A model generated the notes under the pieces. That model was not told where the DNA came from. It did no database searches and saw only the letters and a program-made list of their open reading frames with translations. DNA of 64,000 nt from Gaiellaceae bacterium (GTDB lineage Bacteria > Actinomycetota > Thermoleophilia > Gaiellales > Gaiellaceae), in the NCBI GenBank assembly GCA_036380355.1, contig DASVEW010000032.1, positions 23-64,022 of the forward strand, read 5' to 3'. Below, one piece after another: positions 17,055 through 27,266 of the stretch (position 1 is the first letter of the stretch; every line of letters begins with the position of its first letter). Position numbers and translations under genes: made by a program.

Positions 17055-17169
17055 CCCTCCGGACTTCGGGGCCGTCGCCGCCCGCTACGACGAGCTGCGG
17101 CCGCAGGACGAGGACTGGTGGACCCTCTTCGACCTTCTCGTCCAGGAGGCCGACCTGCTCGGGAAGCGG

Positions 17170-17784
17170 GTGATCGACGTCGGGTGCGGGACCGGCCGGT
17201 GGTCCGAGGCGCTGGCCGAGCGGGGATCGCGCGTGTGGGGCGTCGACCCGTCCGCCGAGATGGTCGCCGAGGCTCGGAAGCGAGGCGTGAACGCGAAGGT
17301 GGCGCGGGCCGAGACCCTTCCGTTCAAGGAGGGGTGGTTCGACCGCGCGCTGCTCGTCCTCGTGATCCACGTGCTCGACCGGCCGGCGGTTTTCCGGGAG
17401 CTTCGGCGGGTGCTCGCGGACGACGGCCGGATCGCGATCGGCACGTTCGATCACGCCCAGTTCGCGGGCCACTACCTGAACCCGTACTTCCCGTCGCTCG
17501 CCGAGATCGACCGGGCGCGCTTCCCCACCAGGGAGCAGCTCGAGGGCGAGCTGCGCGCGGCCGGCTACGAGCCCCGCACGATCCCGCTCCACCAGCGGGC
17601 CGTGCGAAGCCGCGAGTGGGTCCTCGAGCGGATTCGCGGCCGGTTCATCTCCACGTTGCAGCTGCTCGGCGAGGACGAGTTCGCGGAAGGCCTCGCGCGG
17701 GCCGAGCGAGAGCTCCCGGCCGAGGTCGAGGCCGAGCAGCACCTCCTGGCGGTCGTCGCCGACGTCGTCCGGCCACCGTTGTAG
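17170..17784 (+). CDS. class I SAM-dependent methyltransferase (true N-terminus probably upstream, near 17047)
   Basis: Motif I VIDVGCGTG lies right at the first canonical start (GTG 17170). The same frame upstream reads PPDFGAVAARYDELRP..., which is typical methyltransferase N-terminal sequence. Confidence 0.75.
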   Translation: MIDVGCGTGRWSEALAERGSRVWGVDPSAEMVAEARKRGVNAKVARAETLPFKEGWFDRALLVLVIHVLDRPAVFRELRRVLADDGRIAIGTFDHAQFAGHYLNPYFPSLAEIDRARFPTREQLEGELRAAGYEPRTIPLHQRAVRSREWVLERIRGRFISTLQLLGEDEFAEGLARAERELPAEVEAEQHLLAVVADVVRPPL

Positions 17785-17802
17785 AGTCCCGCTCGCTCCA
17801 CG

Positions 17803-17841
17803 TCCTTTAACTCGGTCCCGAGAGGCCGGAAAGGAGAGCGG
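17803..17841 (+). promoter_or_regulatory. PyrR-binding RNA motif overlapping the pyrR ribosome-binding site
   Basis: TCCTTTAACTCGGTCCCGAGAGGCCGGAAAGGAG matches the remembered PyrR site core (CUUUAA...GGUCCAGAGAGGC). The SD AAAGGAG is part of it. TTG start at 17842. Confidence 0.7.
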
Positions 17842-18429
17842 TTGACGCTGCCTGCCCAGACGAGCGCACGAGTCCTGCTGGACGAGGCCGCGATCGCACG
17901 GACGCTCACGCGGATCGCGCACGAGATCATCGAGGCCAACCCGGACCTGGACCGGGTCGCGCTGGTCGGCATTCACACGCGCGGTGTCCCGATTGCGCAG
18001 CGACTCCGCCGCCTGATCCACGAGTTCAGCGGCGAGGAGCTCGTGTCCGGCTCGCTCGACATCACGTTCTACCGCGACGACGTCCAGGTCCGCGGCGGCG
18101 AGCCGCCGAGGCAGGCGCAGCCCGTCGTGCGCTCGACGCGCCTCGACTTCCCGCTCGAGGGGATGACGTGCGTGCTCGTGGACGACGTCCTCTACACGGG
18201 CCGCACGATCCGGGCTGCGATCGAGGCGCTCTTCCACTACGGCCGCCCGGCGCGCGTGCAGCTGGCCTGCCTCGCCGACCGCGGCCATCGGGAGCTTCCC
18301 ATCCGCCCCGACTACGTCGGCAAGAACCTGCCGACCTCGCGCGGCGAGCGCATCCAGGTGCAGCTCGTCGAGGTCGACGAGGTCGACCGCGTCCTGCTCG
18401 TCCCGAACCCGGAGGAACAGCATGGGTGA
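17842..18429 (+). CDS. pyrR: bifunctional pyrimidine operon regulator / uracil phosphoribosyltransferase PyrR
   Basis: PRPP-binding VLVDDVLYTGRTIRAA and DRGHRELPIRPDYVGKN. Confidence 0.9.
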   Translation: MTLPAQTSARVLLDEAAIARTLTRIAHEIIEANPDLDRVALVGIHTRGVPIAQRLRRLIHEFSGEELVSGSLDITFYRDDVQVRGGEPPRQAQPVVRSTRLDFPLEGMTCVLVDDVLYTGRTIRAAIEALFHYGRPARVQLACLADRGHRELPIRPDYVGKNLPTSRGERIQVQLVEVDEVDRVLLVPNPEEQHG

Positions 18430-19417
18430 CATCCGCGTCATGCGCGACGACCTGCTGCCGCCCGCGCCCGCAGAGCGGCGGCACCTGCTGTCCGTCGCCG
18501 ACCTGTCCCGAGACGACATCGAGCGCTTGCTCGGCACGGCGCGCAACTTCGCCCGCTCGCTCGAGCGCGAGATGAAGAAGCTGCCGACGCTCCGCGGGCG
18601 GCTCGTCGTAAACGTCTTCTACGAGTCGTCCACGCGCACGTCGTCCAGCTTCGAGCTTGCCGCCAAGCGCCTCTCCGCGGACACGATGTCGATCAAGGCG
18701 TCCGGCTCGGCCGTGGACAAGGGCGAGTCGCTGAAGGACACGGCGCTGACGCTCGGCGCCTACGACCCCGACGTGATCGTCATGCGCCACCCGCAGATCG
18801 GCGCGTCGCACCTGGTTGCCAGGGTGACCGCGGCCCACGTCGTGAACGCGGGCGACGGGAAGCACCAGCATCCGACCCAGGCGCTGCTCGACCTCTACAC
18901 CCTCCGCGAGGAGTTCGGGCGCCTCGAGGGGCTCCACGTAGCGATCGTGGGGGACGTCCTGCACTCGCGGGTGGCACGCTCGCTGATCCAGGCGCTCGAC
19001 CTCGTCGGTGCCCGGACCACGCTCGTCGGGCCGCCGACGCTCATCCCCCGCGGCGTTGGGGCCATGGGTTGCGAGACGTCGATCGACATCGGCGCGATCG
19101 GCGCCTCCGACGTCGTCTACGTCCTGCGGATGCAGCGCGAGCGCATGCTCGAAGGCGCGAACTACGTCCCGAGCCTCCGGGAATACACCGAGCGCTGGGG
19201 CGTGACGCCGGAGCGGCTGCGAACCGGGCAGAAGGTGATGCACCCCGGCCCGATGAACCGCGGCGTCGAGATCGACCCGCGCGTCGCGGATGCCGCGGAC
19301 GCGCTGATCGAGACGCAGGTGCGCGCCGGGCTCGTGACGCGGATGGCCGTCCTCTACGACCTGCTGACGAGCGGCCCGGTCGGGGTCCGGGCCGCGCAGC
19401 TGACGGAGGTGGCGTAG
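18422..19417 (+). CDS. pyrB: aspartate carbamoyltransferase catalytic subunit
   Basis: STRTR-type motif (ESSTRTSSSFE), HPTQALLDLYT and HPGPMNRG. Confidence 0.95.
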   Translation: MGDIRVMRDDLLPPAPAERRHLLSVADLSRDDIERLLGTARNFARSLEREMKKLPTLRGRLVVNVFYESSTRTSSSFELAAKRLSADTMSIKASGSAVDKGESLKDTALTLGAYDPDVIVMRHPQIGASHLVARVTAAHVVNAGDGKHQHPTQALLDLYTLREEFGRLEGLHVAIVGDVLHSRVARSLIQALDLVGARTTLVGPPTLIPRGVGAMGCETSIDIGAIGASDVVYVLRMQRERMLEGANYVPSLREYTERWGVTPERLRTGQKVMHPGPMNRGVEIDPRVADAADALIETQVRAGLVTRMAVLYDLLTSGPVGVRAAQLTEVA

Positions 19418-20718
19418 TGCTGTTCTCGAAGGACGGGCCGGGCGAGAGCCTGATCGTCCGCGGCGCCCGGGTGCTCGACTCCGTCGCGAACGTCGACGCG
19501 ATCCTCGACGTCCGCATCGACGGTGGGACGATCGCGGAGCTCGGCTCCCGGCTCGATCCGAACTCCCACCGCGTGGTCGACGCGGACGGGCTCACGCTCG
19601 CGCCGGCGTTCGTCGATCCGCACGTCCACCTGCGCACGCCCGGTCGGGAGGACGAGGAAACGATCGCGAGTGGCACTGCGGCCGCGGCCGCGGGCGGTTA
19701 CTGCGCGATCCTCGCCATGCCGAACACCGACCCGGTCGTCGACTCCGCGGCCGTCTTGGGCTCGCTCGCCGAGAGCGCGCAGGCGGAGGCGGAGATCCCC
19801 GTCGGGTTCCTGGCCGCGATCAGCAAGGGCCAGGAGGGCGCCGAGCTCACCGAGATGGCCGAGCTTGCCGCTGCCGGCGCGGCCGGGTTCAGCGACGACG
19901 GCCGTCCGGTCACGACGCCCGGGCTGATGCGGCGGGCGCTCCAGTACGGCGCCGTCACCGACCGCCCGCTCGCCCTCCACTGCGAGGAGCCCACGCTCTC
20001 CCGGAGCGGCCAGATGCACGAGGGCGCGGTGTCGGCCGAGCTCGGCTTCTCGGGGTACCCGTCCGTGGCCGAGAGCCTGATGGTCGAGCGCGACCTCTCG
20101 CTCGCCGCCTACGAAGGCCGCCCGATCCATCTCCTCCACCTCTCGGCGCGCGAGTCGGTCGAGGCGGTGCGGGCCGCTCGCGCGGCTGGGGTGAAGGCGA
20201 CCGCGGAGGTCACGCCCCACCACCTCTGCCTCACGGACGACGCGGTGCGGTCGCTGGACTCGAACCTCAAGATGAACCCGCCGCTCCGGTCGGTGAACGA
20301 CCGGGCCGCGCTCGTCGAGGGCCTCCGCGACGGGACGATCCAGGCGATCGCAACCGACCACGCGCCGCACGCCCGTCACGAGAAGGAGGTGCCGTTCGAG
20401 GCCGCGCCGTTCGGCGTCACCGGGCTGGAGACGGCGTTCGCCGCGCTCTACACGCACCTCGTCGAGCCGGGCCTCGTCAAGCTCGAGCTGCTGCTGAAGC
20501 GGATGTCCGCGGGGCCTGCCGAGATCTTCGGCCTGCCGGCGCCGCGAATCGCCGCCGGCGAGCCGGCGAACCTCGTCCTGCTCGACACCCGGGCCGGCTG
20601 GCGGGTCCAGGAAGACGGCTTCCGCTCGCGCTCGTCGAACTCGTGGCTGCTCGGGCAGCGGCTGACCGGGAAGGTCCGGATGACGGTCGCCGCCGGCAGG
20701 ACGGTCTTCGAGACATGA
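19417..20718 (+). CDS. pyrC: dihydroorotase
   Basis: GTG 19417 overlaps the pyrB TAG. Contains DPHVHLR, AILAMPNT and TDHAPH. Confidence 0.9.
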   Translation: MLFSKDGPGESLIVRGARVLDSVANVDAILDVRIDGGTIAELGSRLDPNSHRVVDADGLTLAPAFVDPHVHLRTPGREDEETIASGTAAAAAGGYCAILAMPNTDPVVDSAAVLGSLAESAQAEAEIPVGFLAAISKGQEGAELTEMAELAAAGAAGFSDDGRPVTTPGLMRRALQYGAVTDRPLALHCEEPTLSRSGQMHEGAVSAELGFSGYPSVAESLMVERDLSLAAYEGRPIHLLHLSARESVEAVRAARAAGVKATAEVTPHHLCLTDDAVRSLDSNLKMNPPLRSVNDRAALVEGLRDGTIQAIATDHAPHARHEKEVPFEAAPFGVTGLETAFAALYTHLVEPGLVKLELLLKRMSAGPAEIFGLPAPRIAAGEPANLVLLDTRAGWRVQEDGFRSRSSNSWLLGQRLTGKVRMTVAAGRTVFET

Positions 20719-21764
20719 CTGGCTTCCTCGTGCTCGAGGACGGCACGGTCTTCCGCGGCGAGGCCGTCGGCGCGCCGTGCTTCGCCTTCGGCGAGGCGGT
20801 CTTCACGACGGCGATGACGGGCTACCAGGAGGTCGTCACCGACCCGAGCTTCGCCGAGCAGATCGTCTGCTTCACGGCGCCGATGGTGGGCAACTACGGC
20901 GTCGATCCCGAGCGGTCCGAGTCGGGCCGCGTCCATGCCCGCGGCGTGCTGATGCGCGAGGCGCGGGGGCCGGCGTGGACGGACTGGCTGTACGAGCGCG
21001 GCGTCCCGGCGCTCACCGGCATCGACACGCGCGCGCTCGTCCTCCGGCTCCGGAAGGCCGGGGCGATGAGGGCGGCGATCGTCTCGGGCGAGGCGTCGGT
21101 GGACGAGACGCTCCGCGCCGTCCGCGAGCAGCCGCCGATGGCCGGCCGCCCGCTGGCGGCGAACGTCTCCTGCGAGGAACGGTACGAGTTCGCCGCCGGC
21201 GGGAGGGCTCGCATTGCGGTCGTCGACTACGGGTGCAAGCGCTCGATCCTGCGCCGCCTCGCTAGGACGGGCGCCGGCGTCACGGTCTTCCCGGCCACGG
21301 CCGGCGCGGACGAGCTCGCGGGCTTCGACGGCGTCGTGCTCTCGAACGGCCCCGGCGACCCGGGACCGCTGGGCGACCAGACGGCGACCGTGAAGGCGCT
21401 GCTCGGCCGGGTGCCCCTCTTCGGGATCTGCCTCGGCCACCAGCTGCTCGCGCTCGCGGCCGGCCACGAGACCTTCAAGCTGCCGTTCGGCCACCGGGGC
21501 GCGAACCACCCGGTGCTGGAGAAGGCGACGGGCCGCGTCCTCGTCACCGCCCAGAACCACGGCTTCGCGGTCAAGGCGTCGGCCGGCCGGGAGGCGACGC
21601 ACGTCTCGCTCTACGACGGCACCGTCGAGGGGCTCGAATACCCGGAGCTCGCCGCGCGCTCGGTCCAGTTCCATCCGGAGGCCGGGCCCGGGCCGCACGA
21701 CGCCTGGCCGCTGCTCGAAACCTGGGTCGAGGAGGTGTGCGCGGGCCATGCCAAGGCGGCCTGA
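20715..21764 (+). CDS. carA: carbamoyl-phosphate synthase small (glutaminase) subunit
   Basis: ATGA overlap with pyrC. Contains [10 protein letters not shown]-like [22 protein letters not shown] and NHGFAV. Confidence 0.95.
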   Translation: MTGFLVLEDGTVFRGEAVGAPCFAFGEAVFTTAMTGYQEVVTDPSFAEQIVCFTAPMVGNYGVDPERSESGRVHARGVLMREARGPAWTDWLYERGVPALTGIDTRALVLRLRKAGAMRAAIVSGEASVDETLRAVREQPPMAGRPLAANVSCEERYEFAAGGRARIAVVDYGCKRSILRRLARTGAGVTVFPATAGADELAGFDGVVLSNGPGDPGPLGDQTATVKALLGRVPLFGICLGHQLLALAAGHETFKLPFGHRGANHPVLEKATGRVLVTAQNHGFAVKASAGREATHVSLYDGTVEGLEYPELAARSVQFHPEAGPGPHDAWPLLETWVEEVCAGHAKAA

Positions 21765-24700
21765 CCTCCGGTCGATCTGCCTGATCGGCTCCGGGCCGAT
21801 CGTGATCGGGCAGGCCTGCGAGTTCGACTACGCCGGGTGCCAGGCCCTGAAAGTGCTCCGGGAGGACGGGTTCCGGACGGTCGTCGTCAACTCGAACCCG
21901 GCGACGATCATGACCGACCCTGGGTTCGCCGACCGCACGTACGTCGAGCCGCTCGACCTCGAGGGGGTCGCCGGCGTCCTGGCGCGAGAGCGGCCGGACG
22001 CGCTCCTTCCGACGCTCGGGGGGCAGACGGCGCTCAACCTTGCGCTCCGGCTCGCGGAGGAGGGCGTGCTCGACGACCTGGGGGTGGAGCTGATCGGGGC
22101 CGGGCTGGACGTGATCCGGCGGGCCGAGGACCGCGAGCTGTTCCGGGAGACCGTCCGGCTGGCGGGCTACCGCGTGCCGGCCTCGACGGTGGTGACCGAG
22201 TGGGAGGACGTTCCCCAGGAGCTGACCTTTCCGGTCGTCCTGCGGCCGGCGTTCACGCTCGGCGGGCACGGCGGCGGCACGGCCCGCTCGGAGGACGAGC
22301 TCGTCGAGCTGCTCGAGCGCGGCCTGAACGAGAGCCCCGTCGGCCAGGTGCTCGTCGAGGAGTCCCTGATCGGCTGGGACGAGTTCGAGCTCGAGGTCAT
22401 GCGCGACCGCAACGACAACGTCGTGATCGTCTGCTCGATCGAGAACCTCGACCCGATGGGGGTCCACACCGGCGATTCCGTGACGGTCGCGCCGCAGATG
22501 ACCCTCTCGGACGAGGCGTATCAGGAGCTGCGCGACGCCGCCGCGGCAGTGATCCGCGCCGTCGGCGTGGAGACCGGCGGCGCGAACATCCAGTTCGCCC
22601 GCGACCGGGAGAGCGGCGCGCTGCGCGTGATCGAGATGAACCCACGCGTCTCCCGCTCCTCGGCGCTGGCGTCGAAGGCGACCGGATACCCGATCGCCAA
22701 GGTCGCCGCGAAGCTCGCGGTCGGCTACACGCTGGACGAGATCCCGAACGACCTCACGGGGACGACGCCGGCGAGCTTCGAGCCGACGCTCGACTACGTG
22801 GTCGTGAAGTTCCCGCGCTTCGCGTTCGAGAAGTTCCCCGGCGCCGACCGGACGCTCGGCACGCAGATGAAGTCCGTGGGCGAGGCGATGGGGATCGGCC
22901 GCTCGTTCTCCGAGGCGTTCCTGAAGGCTCAGCGGGCGCGCGAGCTCGACGACGGCTGGGAGCCGCGCAACCTCCATCCCTGGTTCGAGACGGAGCTCGA
23001 GGCGGCGCGCCGGACTTTGTGTTGCATCACCTCGGTCGACTCGCTCGTCGCCGACGACTGGATTCGGCTCAAGCGGGCGGGATGGTCGGACCGGGCGATC
23101 GCCGAGCACTGCAACACAAGCGAGCACCTCGTGCGGGCGAAGAGGCGGGCGTGGGGCGTGCGGCCGGCGTTCAGGCGGGTGGACTCCTGCGCCGGGGAGG
23201 TCGAGGCCGCGTCGACCTACTACTACTCCACTTGGGGCGAGGCGGACGAGGCGCCGGCGCCGAGCGGCAAGAGCGTCGTCATCCTCGGGTCGGGCCCGAA
23301 CCGGATCGGCCAGGGGATCGAGTTCGACTACTGCTGCGTCCACGCGGCGCAGAGCTTCCGGGAGCTCGGCTTCGAGACCGTGATGGTCAATTGCAACCCG
23401 GAGACGGTCTCGACCGACTACGACACCTCCGACCGCCTGTACTTCGAGCCGCTCGGCGTCGAGGAGGTGCTCGCGATCTGCGAGCGGGAGAAGCCGGTCG
23501 GCGTCGTGATCCAGTTCGGCGGCCAGACGCCGCTCAAGCTCGCGCGGGCGATCGAGGACGCCGGCTACCGCATCCTCGGGACGCCGTTCGACGCCGTGGA
23601 CCTCGCCGAGGACCGGGAACGCTTCGGCGCGCTCTGCCACGACCTCGGGATCGACGTGCCGGCGTGGGGGATGGCGAGCTCCCAGGCGGAGGCGGTGGGC
23701 CTGGCCGAGCGGATCGGCTATCCGGTGCTCGTGCGCCCCTCGTACGTCCTCGGCGGTCGGCAGATGGTGGTCTGCTACGACGCCGAGACGGTCGCGTCGA
23801 GCGTTCCGCCCGCGTCGCGCGTGCTCGTCGACCGCTTTCTCGAGGGCGCGCTGGAGATCGACGTCGACGCCCTCTGCGACGGGCGGGAGACGTTCGTCGC
23901 CGCCGTCATGCAGCACGTGGAGGAAGCAGGCGTCCACTCGGGAGACTCGAGCTGCGTGCTGCCGCCGCCCCGGCTCGACGACGGGGTGCGCGCGGAGGTC
24001 GAGGAGATCGTCTCGACCCTGGCTCTCGCGCTGGGCGTGGTGGGGCTCGTGAACGTCCAGCTCGCTGTTCTGAACGGCCGTGTCTACGTGATCGAGGCGA
24101 ACCCGCGCGCGTCGCGAACCGTCCCGTTCGCGAGCAAGGCGATCGGGATCAACCTTGTGGATACGGCCTGTCGGGTCGCGGCGGGAGCGCGCCTGGCAGA
24201 CCTCGCCGTGGAAAGGGGTCAGACCCCGACGCAGGTCAGTGTCAAGGCGGCCGTCTTTCCGTTCCAGCGGTTCCCCGGGTCGGACCCGGTCCTCGGGCCC
24301 GAGATGCGCTCGACCGGCGAGGTCATGGCCAGCGCTGCCGACTACCCGACCGCGCTTGCAAAGGCCGAGCGCGCCGCCGGGCGGCCGCTTCCCTCCTCCG
24401 GCACCGCGTTCCTGTCCGTCTGCGACGCCGACAAGGACGCTGTCGTCCCCGTCGCCGCGGCGCTTGCCGACCTCGGCTTCTCGCTCGCGGCCACGAGCGG
24501 CACGGCCCGAGTCCTCGCAGCCGCGGGCCTCGCCGTCGACCACGTCCGGAAAGTGACCGAGCGCGGGGAGGGGGCAACCGTCGTCGACCTGCTGCGCCGG
24601 GGCCGCTGCGACCTCGTCGTCAACACGCCCCAGGGCTCGGGCGCCCGCACCGACGGCTACCGGATCCGCGAGGCGGCGCTCGTCGCGCGGATCCCCTGTA

Positions 24701-24810
24701 TCACGACGCTGAGCGGCGCCGCGGCCGCGGCGCACGCCATCGCCCACGCCCGCGGAGAGGCGGTGGTCTCGCTCCAGGAGAGGATCGATGCTCAGGCGCG
24801 ACCTGCATAG
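21748..24810 (+). CDS. carB: carbamoyl-phosphate synthase large subunit
   Basis: 1020 aa. Duplicated ATP-grasp halves ([15 protein letters not shown] / [15 protein letters not shown]) and a C-terminal MGS-like domain. Confidence 0.95.
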   Translation: MPRRPDLRSICLIGSGPIVIGQACEFDYAGCQALKVLREDGFRTVVVNSNPATIMTDPGFADRTYVEPLDLEGVAGVLARERPDALLPTLGGQTALNLALRLAEEGVLDDLGVELIGAGLDVIRRAEDRELFRETVRLAGYRVPASTVVTEWEDVPQELTFPVVLRPAFTLGGHGGGTARSEDELVELLERGLNESPVGQVLVEESLIGWDEFELEVMRDRNDNVVIVCSIENLDPMGVHTGDSVTVAPQMTLSDEAYQELRDAAAAVIRAVGVETGGANIQFARDRESGALRVIEMNPRVSRSSALASKATGYPIAKVAAKLAVGYTLDEIPNDLTGTTPASFEPTLDYVVVKFPRFAFEKFPGADRTLGTQMKSVGEAMGIGRSFSEAFLKAQRARELDDGWEPRNLHPWFETELEAARRTLCCITSVDSLVADDWIRLKRAGWSDRAIAEHCNTSEHLVRAKRRAWGVRPAFRRVDSCAGEVEAASTYYYSTWGEADEAPAPSGKSVVILGSGPNRIGQGIEFDYCCVHAAQSFRELGFETVMVNCNPETVSTDYDTSDRLYFEPLGVEEVLAICEREKPVGVVIQFGGQTPLKLARAIEDAGYRILGTPFDAVDLAEDRERFGALCHDLGIDVPAWGMASSQAEAVGLAERIGYPVLVRPSYVLGGRQMVVCYDAETVASSVPPASRVLVDRFLEGALEIDVDALCDGRETFVAAVMQHVEEAGVHSGDSSCVLPPPRLDDGVRAEVEEIVSTLALALGVVGLVNVQLAVLNGRVYVIEANPRASRTVPFASKAIGINLVDTACRVAAGARLADLAVERGQTPTQVSVKAAVFPFQRFPGSDPVLGPEMRSTGEVMASAADYPTALAKAERAAGRPLPSSGTAFLSVCDADKDAVVPVAAALADLGFSLAATSGTARVLAAAGLAVDHVRKVTERGEGATVVDLLRRGRCDLVVNTPQGSGARTDGYRIREAALVARIPCITTLSGAAAAAHAIAHARGEAVVSLQERIDAQARPA

Positions 24811-25447
24811 GGTCGTCGCGGCCGAGCCGGTGGGGCCGTACACGCTCCTCCGCGTCGCGCGTGGGGTACTCGATCCGGGGATTCCCGGCCGCTTCTTCAT
24901 GCTCGAGGCGCCCGGCCGCGTGCTCCCCCGGCCGATGAGCCTCTGCCTCGCGCCGCCCGGTGAGCTCGGGTTCCTCTTCGAGCCGGTCGGGCCCGGCACG
25001 CGCGCCCTCGCGGAGCTCGAGCCCGGCGAGCGAATCGGCATCCTCGGCCCGCTCGGCAACGGCTTCCGGCTCGATGTCGACCGTCCGCTTCTCGTCGGCG
25101 GCGGAATCGGGGTCGCGCCGTTGCCGCACCTCTCCGAGGCGCTCGGGCGCCCGCCGGCCATCCTCGGCTTCCGCACGGAGCACCACGCCGAAGCGGCCGA
25201 GCTGATCCCGAACGCCGAGGTCGTCGTCGAGCCGACGCGGGTCACCGACCTGCTCGAGCCGGGCTACGACGTGCTCGCGTGCGGGCCCGAGCCGATGCTC
25301 GAGGCGGTGCGGCGGCTCGCGCACGGCGCGCAGCTCGCGCGGGAGGCGCCGATGGCGTGCGGCTACGGCGCGTGCTACGGCTGCGTCGTGGAGATCGGCG
25401 GCCGGTACCAGCGGCTCTGCGTGGAAGGTCCGGTTCTTGCTGCTTAA
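24788..25447 (+). CDS. pyrK: dihydroorotate dehydrogenase electron-transfer subunit
   Basis: FAD/NAD-binding fold ([13 protein letters not shown]) and C-terminal 2Fe-2S Cys cluster CGYGACYGC...C. Confidence 0.85.
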   Translation: MLRRDLHRVVAAEPVGPYTLLRVARGVLDPGIPGRFFMLEAPGRVLPRPMSLCLAPPGELGFLFEPVGPGTRALAELEPGERIGILGPLGNGFRLDVDRPLLVGGGIGVAPLPHLSEALGRPPAILGFRTEHHAEAAELIPNAEVVVEPTRVTDLLEPGYDVLACGPEPMLEAVRRLAHGAQLAREAPMACGYGACYGCVVEIGGRYQRLCVEGPVLAA

Positions 25448-26324
25448 CGCCTCCGGCTGCCTCGACGCCCTCGCCGCGCCCGACGTCGCGCGCTCGCTGG
25501 ATGCGTTCGTGACGAAGACGGTCACGCCGGAGCCGCGCGGCGGGAACCAGCCGACGCGCATCGCCGAGACCGACCACGGCATGCTCAACTCGATCGGGCT
25601 CCAGAACCCCGGCCGCGAGCGCTTCCTGACCGAGGTCCTGCCGCGCCTGAGGGAGCTCGGCGTCCCGCTCTGGGTCTCCGTCGGCGGCTTCGACGCGCAC
25701 GAGTACGCCGAGACGTGTGCCCGCCTCGACGACGTCACGATCGAGCTCAACCTGTCCTGCCCGAACGTCGACGAGGCGCCGGAATCGGCCGCCGAGATCG
25801 TCGCCGCGTGCCGGGTCGCGACGTCGCTTCCGCTCTACGCGAAGCTCTCGCCCGCCCAGCCCGACATCGCCGGCGCGGCGCGGGCAGTGCAGGCCGCGGG
25901 CGCCGACGGCCTCTCGCTCGTGAACACGATCCGCGGCCTCGAGCTCGACCCCCGGACGCTGCGGCCACGCCTCGCGCGGGCAGTCGGGGGCTACTCCGGG
26001 CCCGCGCTCAAGCCGATCGCGCTCGCCGCCGTCTACGCGGCGTTCGGCGCCACCGGGATGCCCATCGTCGGTATGGGCGGGATACGAAACGGGCGGGATG
26101 CGGCGGAGTTCATCGCCGCCGGCGCGAACGCGATCGCGGTCGGCACCGCGCTCTTCGCCGACCCCGCGACACCGGCACGCATCAGGCGGGAGTTGGCCGA
26201 GACGGTCACGTCGCTCGGCTTCGCGAATCCGGACGAGCTACGCGGCCTCGCGCACGAGCCCGACTTCGGCCCTCTGCCGTCAGGATTGGCAACGGAAGAA
26301 ACTCCTGCATTTCTGGCGAATTGA
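25437..26324 (+). CDS. pyrD: dihydroorotate dehydrogenase catalytic subunit (class 1B type)
   Basis: Contains NASGC, MLNSIGLQNPG, ELNLSCPN and GMGGI. TTG start. The N-terminus is shorter than usual. Confidence 0.85.
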   Translation: MLLNASGCLDALAAPDVARSLDAFVTKTVTPEPRGGNQPTRIAETDHGMLNSIGLQNPGRERFLTEVLPRLRELGVPLWVSVGGFDAHEYAETCARLDDVTIELNLSCPNVDEAPESAAEIVAACRVATSLPLYAKLSPAQPDIAGAARAVQAAGADGLSLVNTIRGLELDPRTLRPRLARAVGGYSGPALKPIALAAVYAAFGATGMPIVGMGGIRNGRDAAEFIAAGANAIAVGTALFADPATPARIRRELAETVTSLGFANPDELRGLAHEPDFGPLPSGLATEETPAFLAN

Positions 26325-26348
26325 CCGCTCTCGACAAGCTGTTAGTAT
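26321..26348 (+). promoter_or_regulatory. sigma-70-type promoter for a leaderless mihF transcript (predicted)
   Basis: TTGACC (26321-26), 16-nt spacer, TAGTAT (26343-48). GTG 26357 lies 8 nt after the -10. Confidence 0.5.
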
Positions 26349-26356
26349 CCCGCGCC

Positions 26357-26686
26357 GTGGCCTCCGTGAAGACTCAGGCCCAGGCGCCGGCCCGGTCCCG
26401 CGACCAGCGCATGGAGGCGCTGCAGCGCGCAAATGACATCCGCGTGAAGCGGGCGCAGCTGAAGCGAGACCTCAAGAACGGCATCGCCGACATCGAGAAG
26501 ATCCTCGAGAAGCCGCCCGACTACGTCGCGACCGCGAAGGTCTTCGACATCCTCATGGCGGTGCCGAAGTTCGGGCGGGTCAAGGCCACCAGGTTCCTCA
26601 CCCAGGCGCGCATCAGCCAGTCGAAGACGGTGGGAGGTCTCTCGGACCGCCAGCGGGCCGAGCTCATTGGCCTCTTCCGCCGCTAG
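26357..26686 (+). CDS. mihF: actinobacterial integration host factor mIHF
   Basis: About 109 aa. RVKRAQLKRDLK...VPKFGRVKATRFL...GGLSDRQRAEL resembles mycobacterial mIHF. Conserved position before gmk-rpoZ-coaBC. Confidence 0.8.
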   Translation: MASVKTQAQAPARSRDQRMEALQRANDIRVKRAQLKRDLKNGIADIEKILEKPPDYVATAKVFDILMAVPKFGRVKATRFLTQARISQSKTVGGLSDRQRAELIGLFRR

Positions 26687-27266
26687 CTCGACCGCGACCC
26701 CGGTCGTCGTCGTCACGGGGACGTCGGGCGCCGGCAAGGGCTCGATCGAGCGCATCCTCCTCTCACGCATGCCCGAGCTCGAACTGGCCGTCTCCGCGAC
26801 GACGCGGGAGCAGCGGCCGAACGAGGTGAACGGGAAGCATTACTGGTTCGTCTCCGACGAGGAGTTCGACCGCAAGCTCGAGGAAAAGGGCTTCCTGGAA
26901 TACATCACGTTTCCGTGGGGTCAGCGTTCGGGGACGCTCAAGTCGGAGATCGACCGGATCCGCGCAGCCGGCCGGATCCCGCTGCTCGACCTCGAGACGG
27001 ACGGGGCCCGGTACGTCCAGGAGAAGGTGCCCGAGGCGGTCACGATCTTCGTCACGGCGCCCACGTTCGAGGAGCTGGAGCGGAGATTGCGTGCGCGGGC
27101 GACCGAGAGCGCGGGGGAGATCGAAGAGCGGCTCGACCTTGCGCGGCAGCAGCTCGCAGAGGCCGCGCTGTTCGACCACGTGATCGTCAACGACGACCTC
27201 GAGCGGGCCGCGGCGAAGGTGCAGCGGATCGTCCAGGAGCGGATCGCCGCTACGATGGCGTCGTGA
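26667..27266 (+). CDS. gmk: guanylate kinase
   Basis: P-loop GTSGAGKGS, SATTR and the GKHYWFVS motif. Confidence 0.9.
   Translation: MASSAASSTATPVVVVTGTSGAGKGSIERILLSRMPELELAVSATTREQRPNEVNGKHYWFVSDEEFDRKLEEKGFLEYITFPWGQRSGTLKSEIDRIRAAGRIPLLDLETDGARYVQEKVPEAVTIFVTAPTFEELERRLRARATESAGEIEERLDLARQQLAEAALFDHVIVNDDLERAAAKVQRIVQERIAATMAS

Noticed and set aside
21571-25245. 1224-aa ORF on the - strand, and similar giants such as 51978..56018 (1346 aa), 14404..16791 and 44271..46763
   Set aside because: They lie exactly antisense to unmistakable genes (carB, rnj/HD-GYP region, M29/rnz, pnp). Their products are Arg/Pro/Gly/Ala-rich low-complexity sequence without motifs. They are typical shadow ORFs of very GC-rich DNA.
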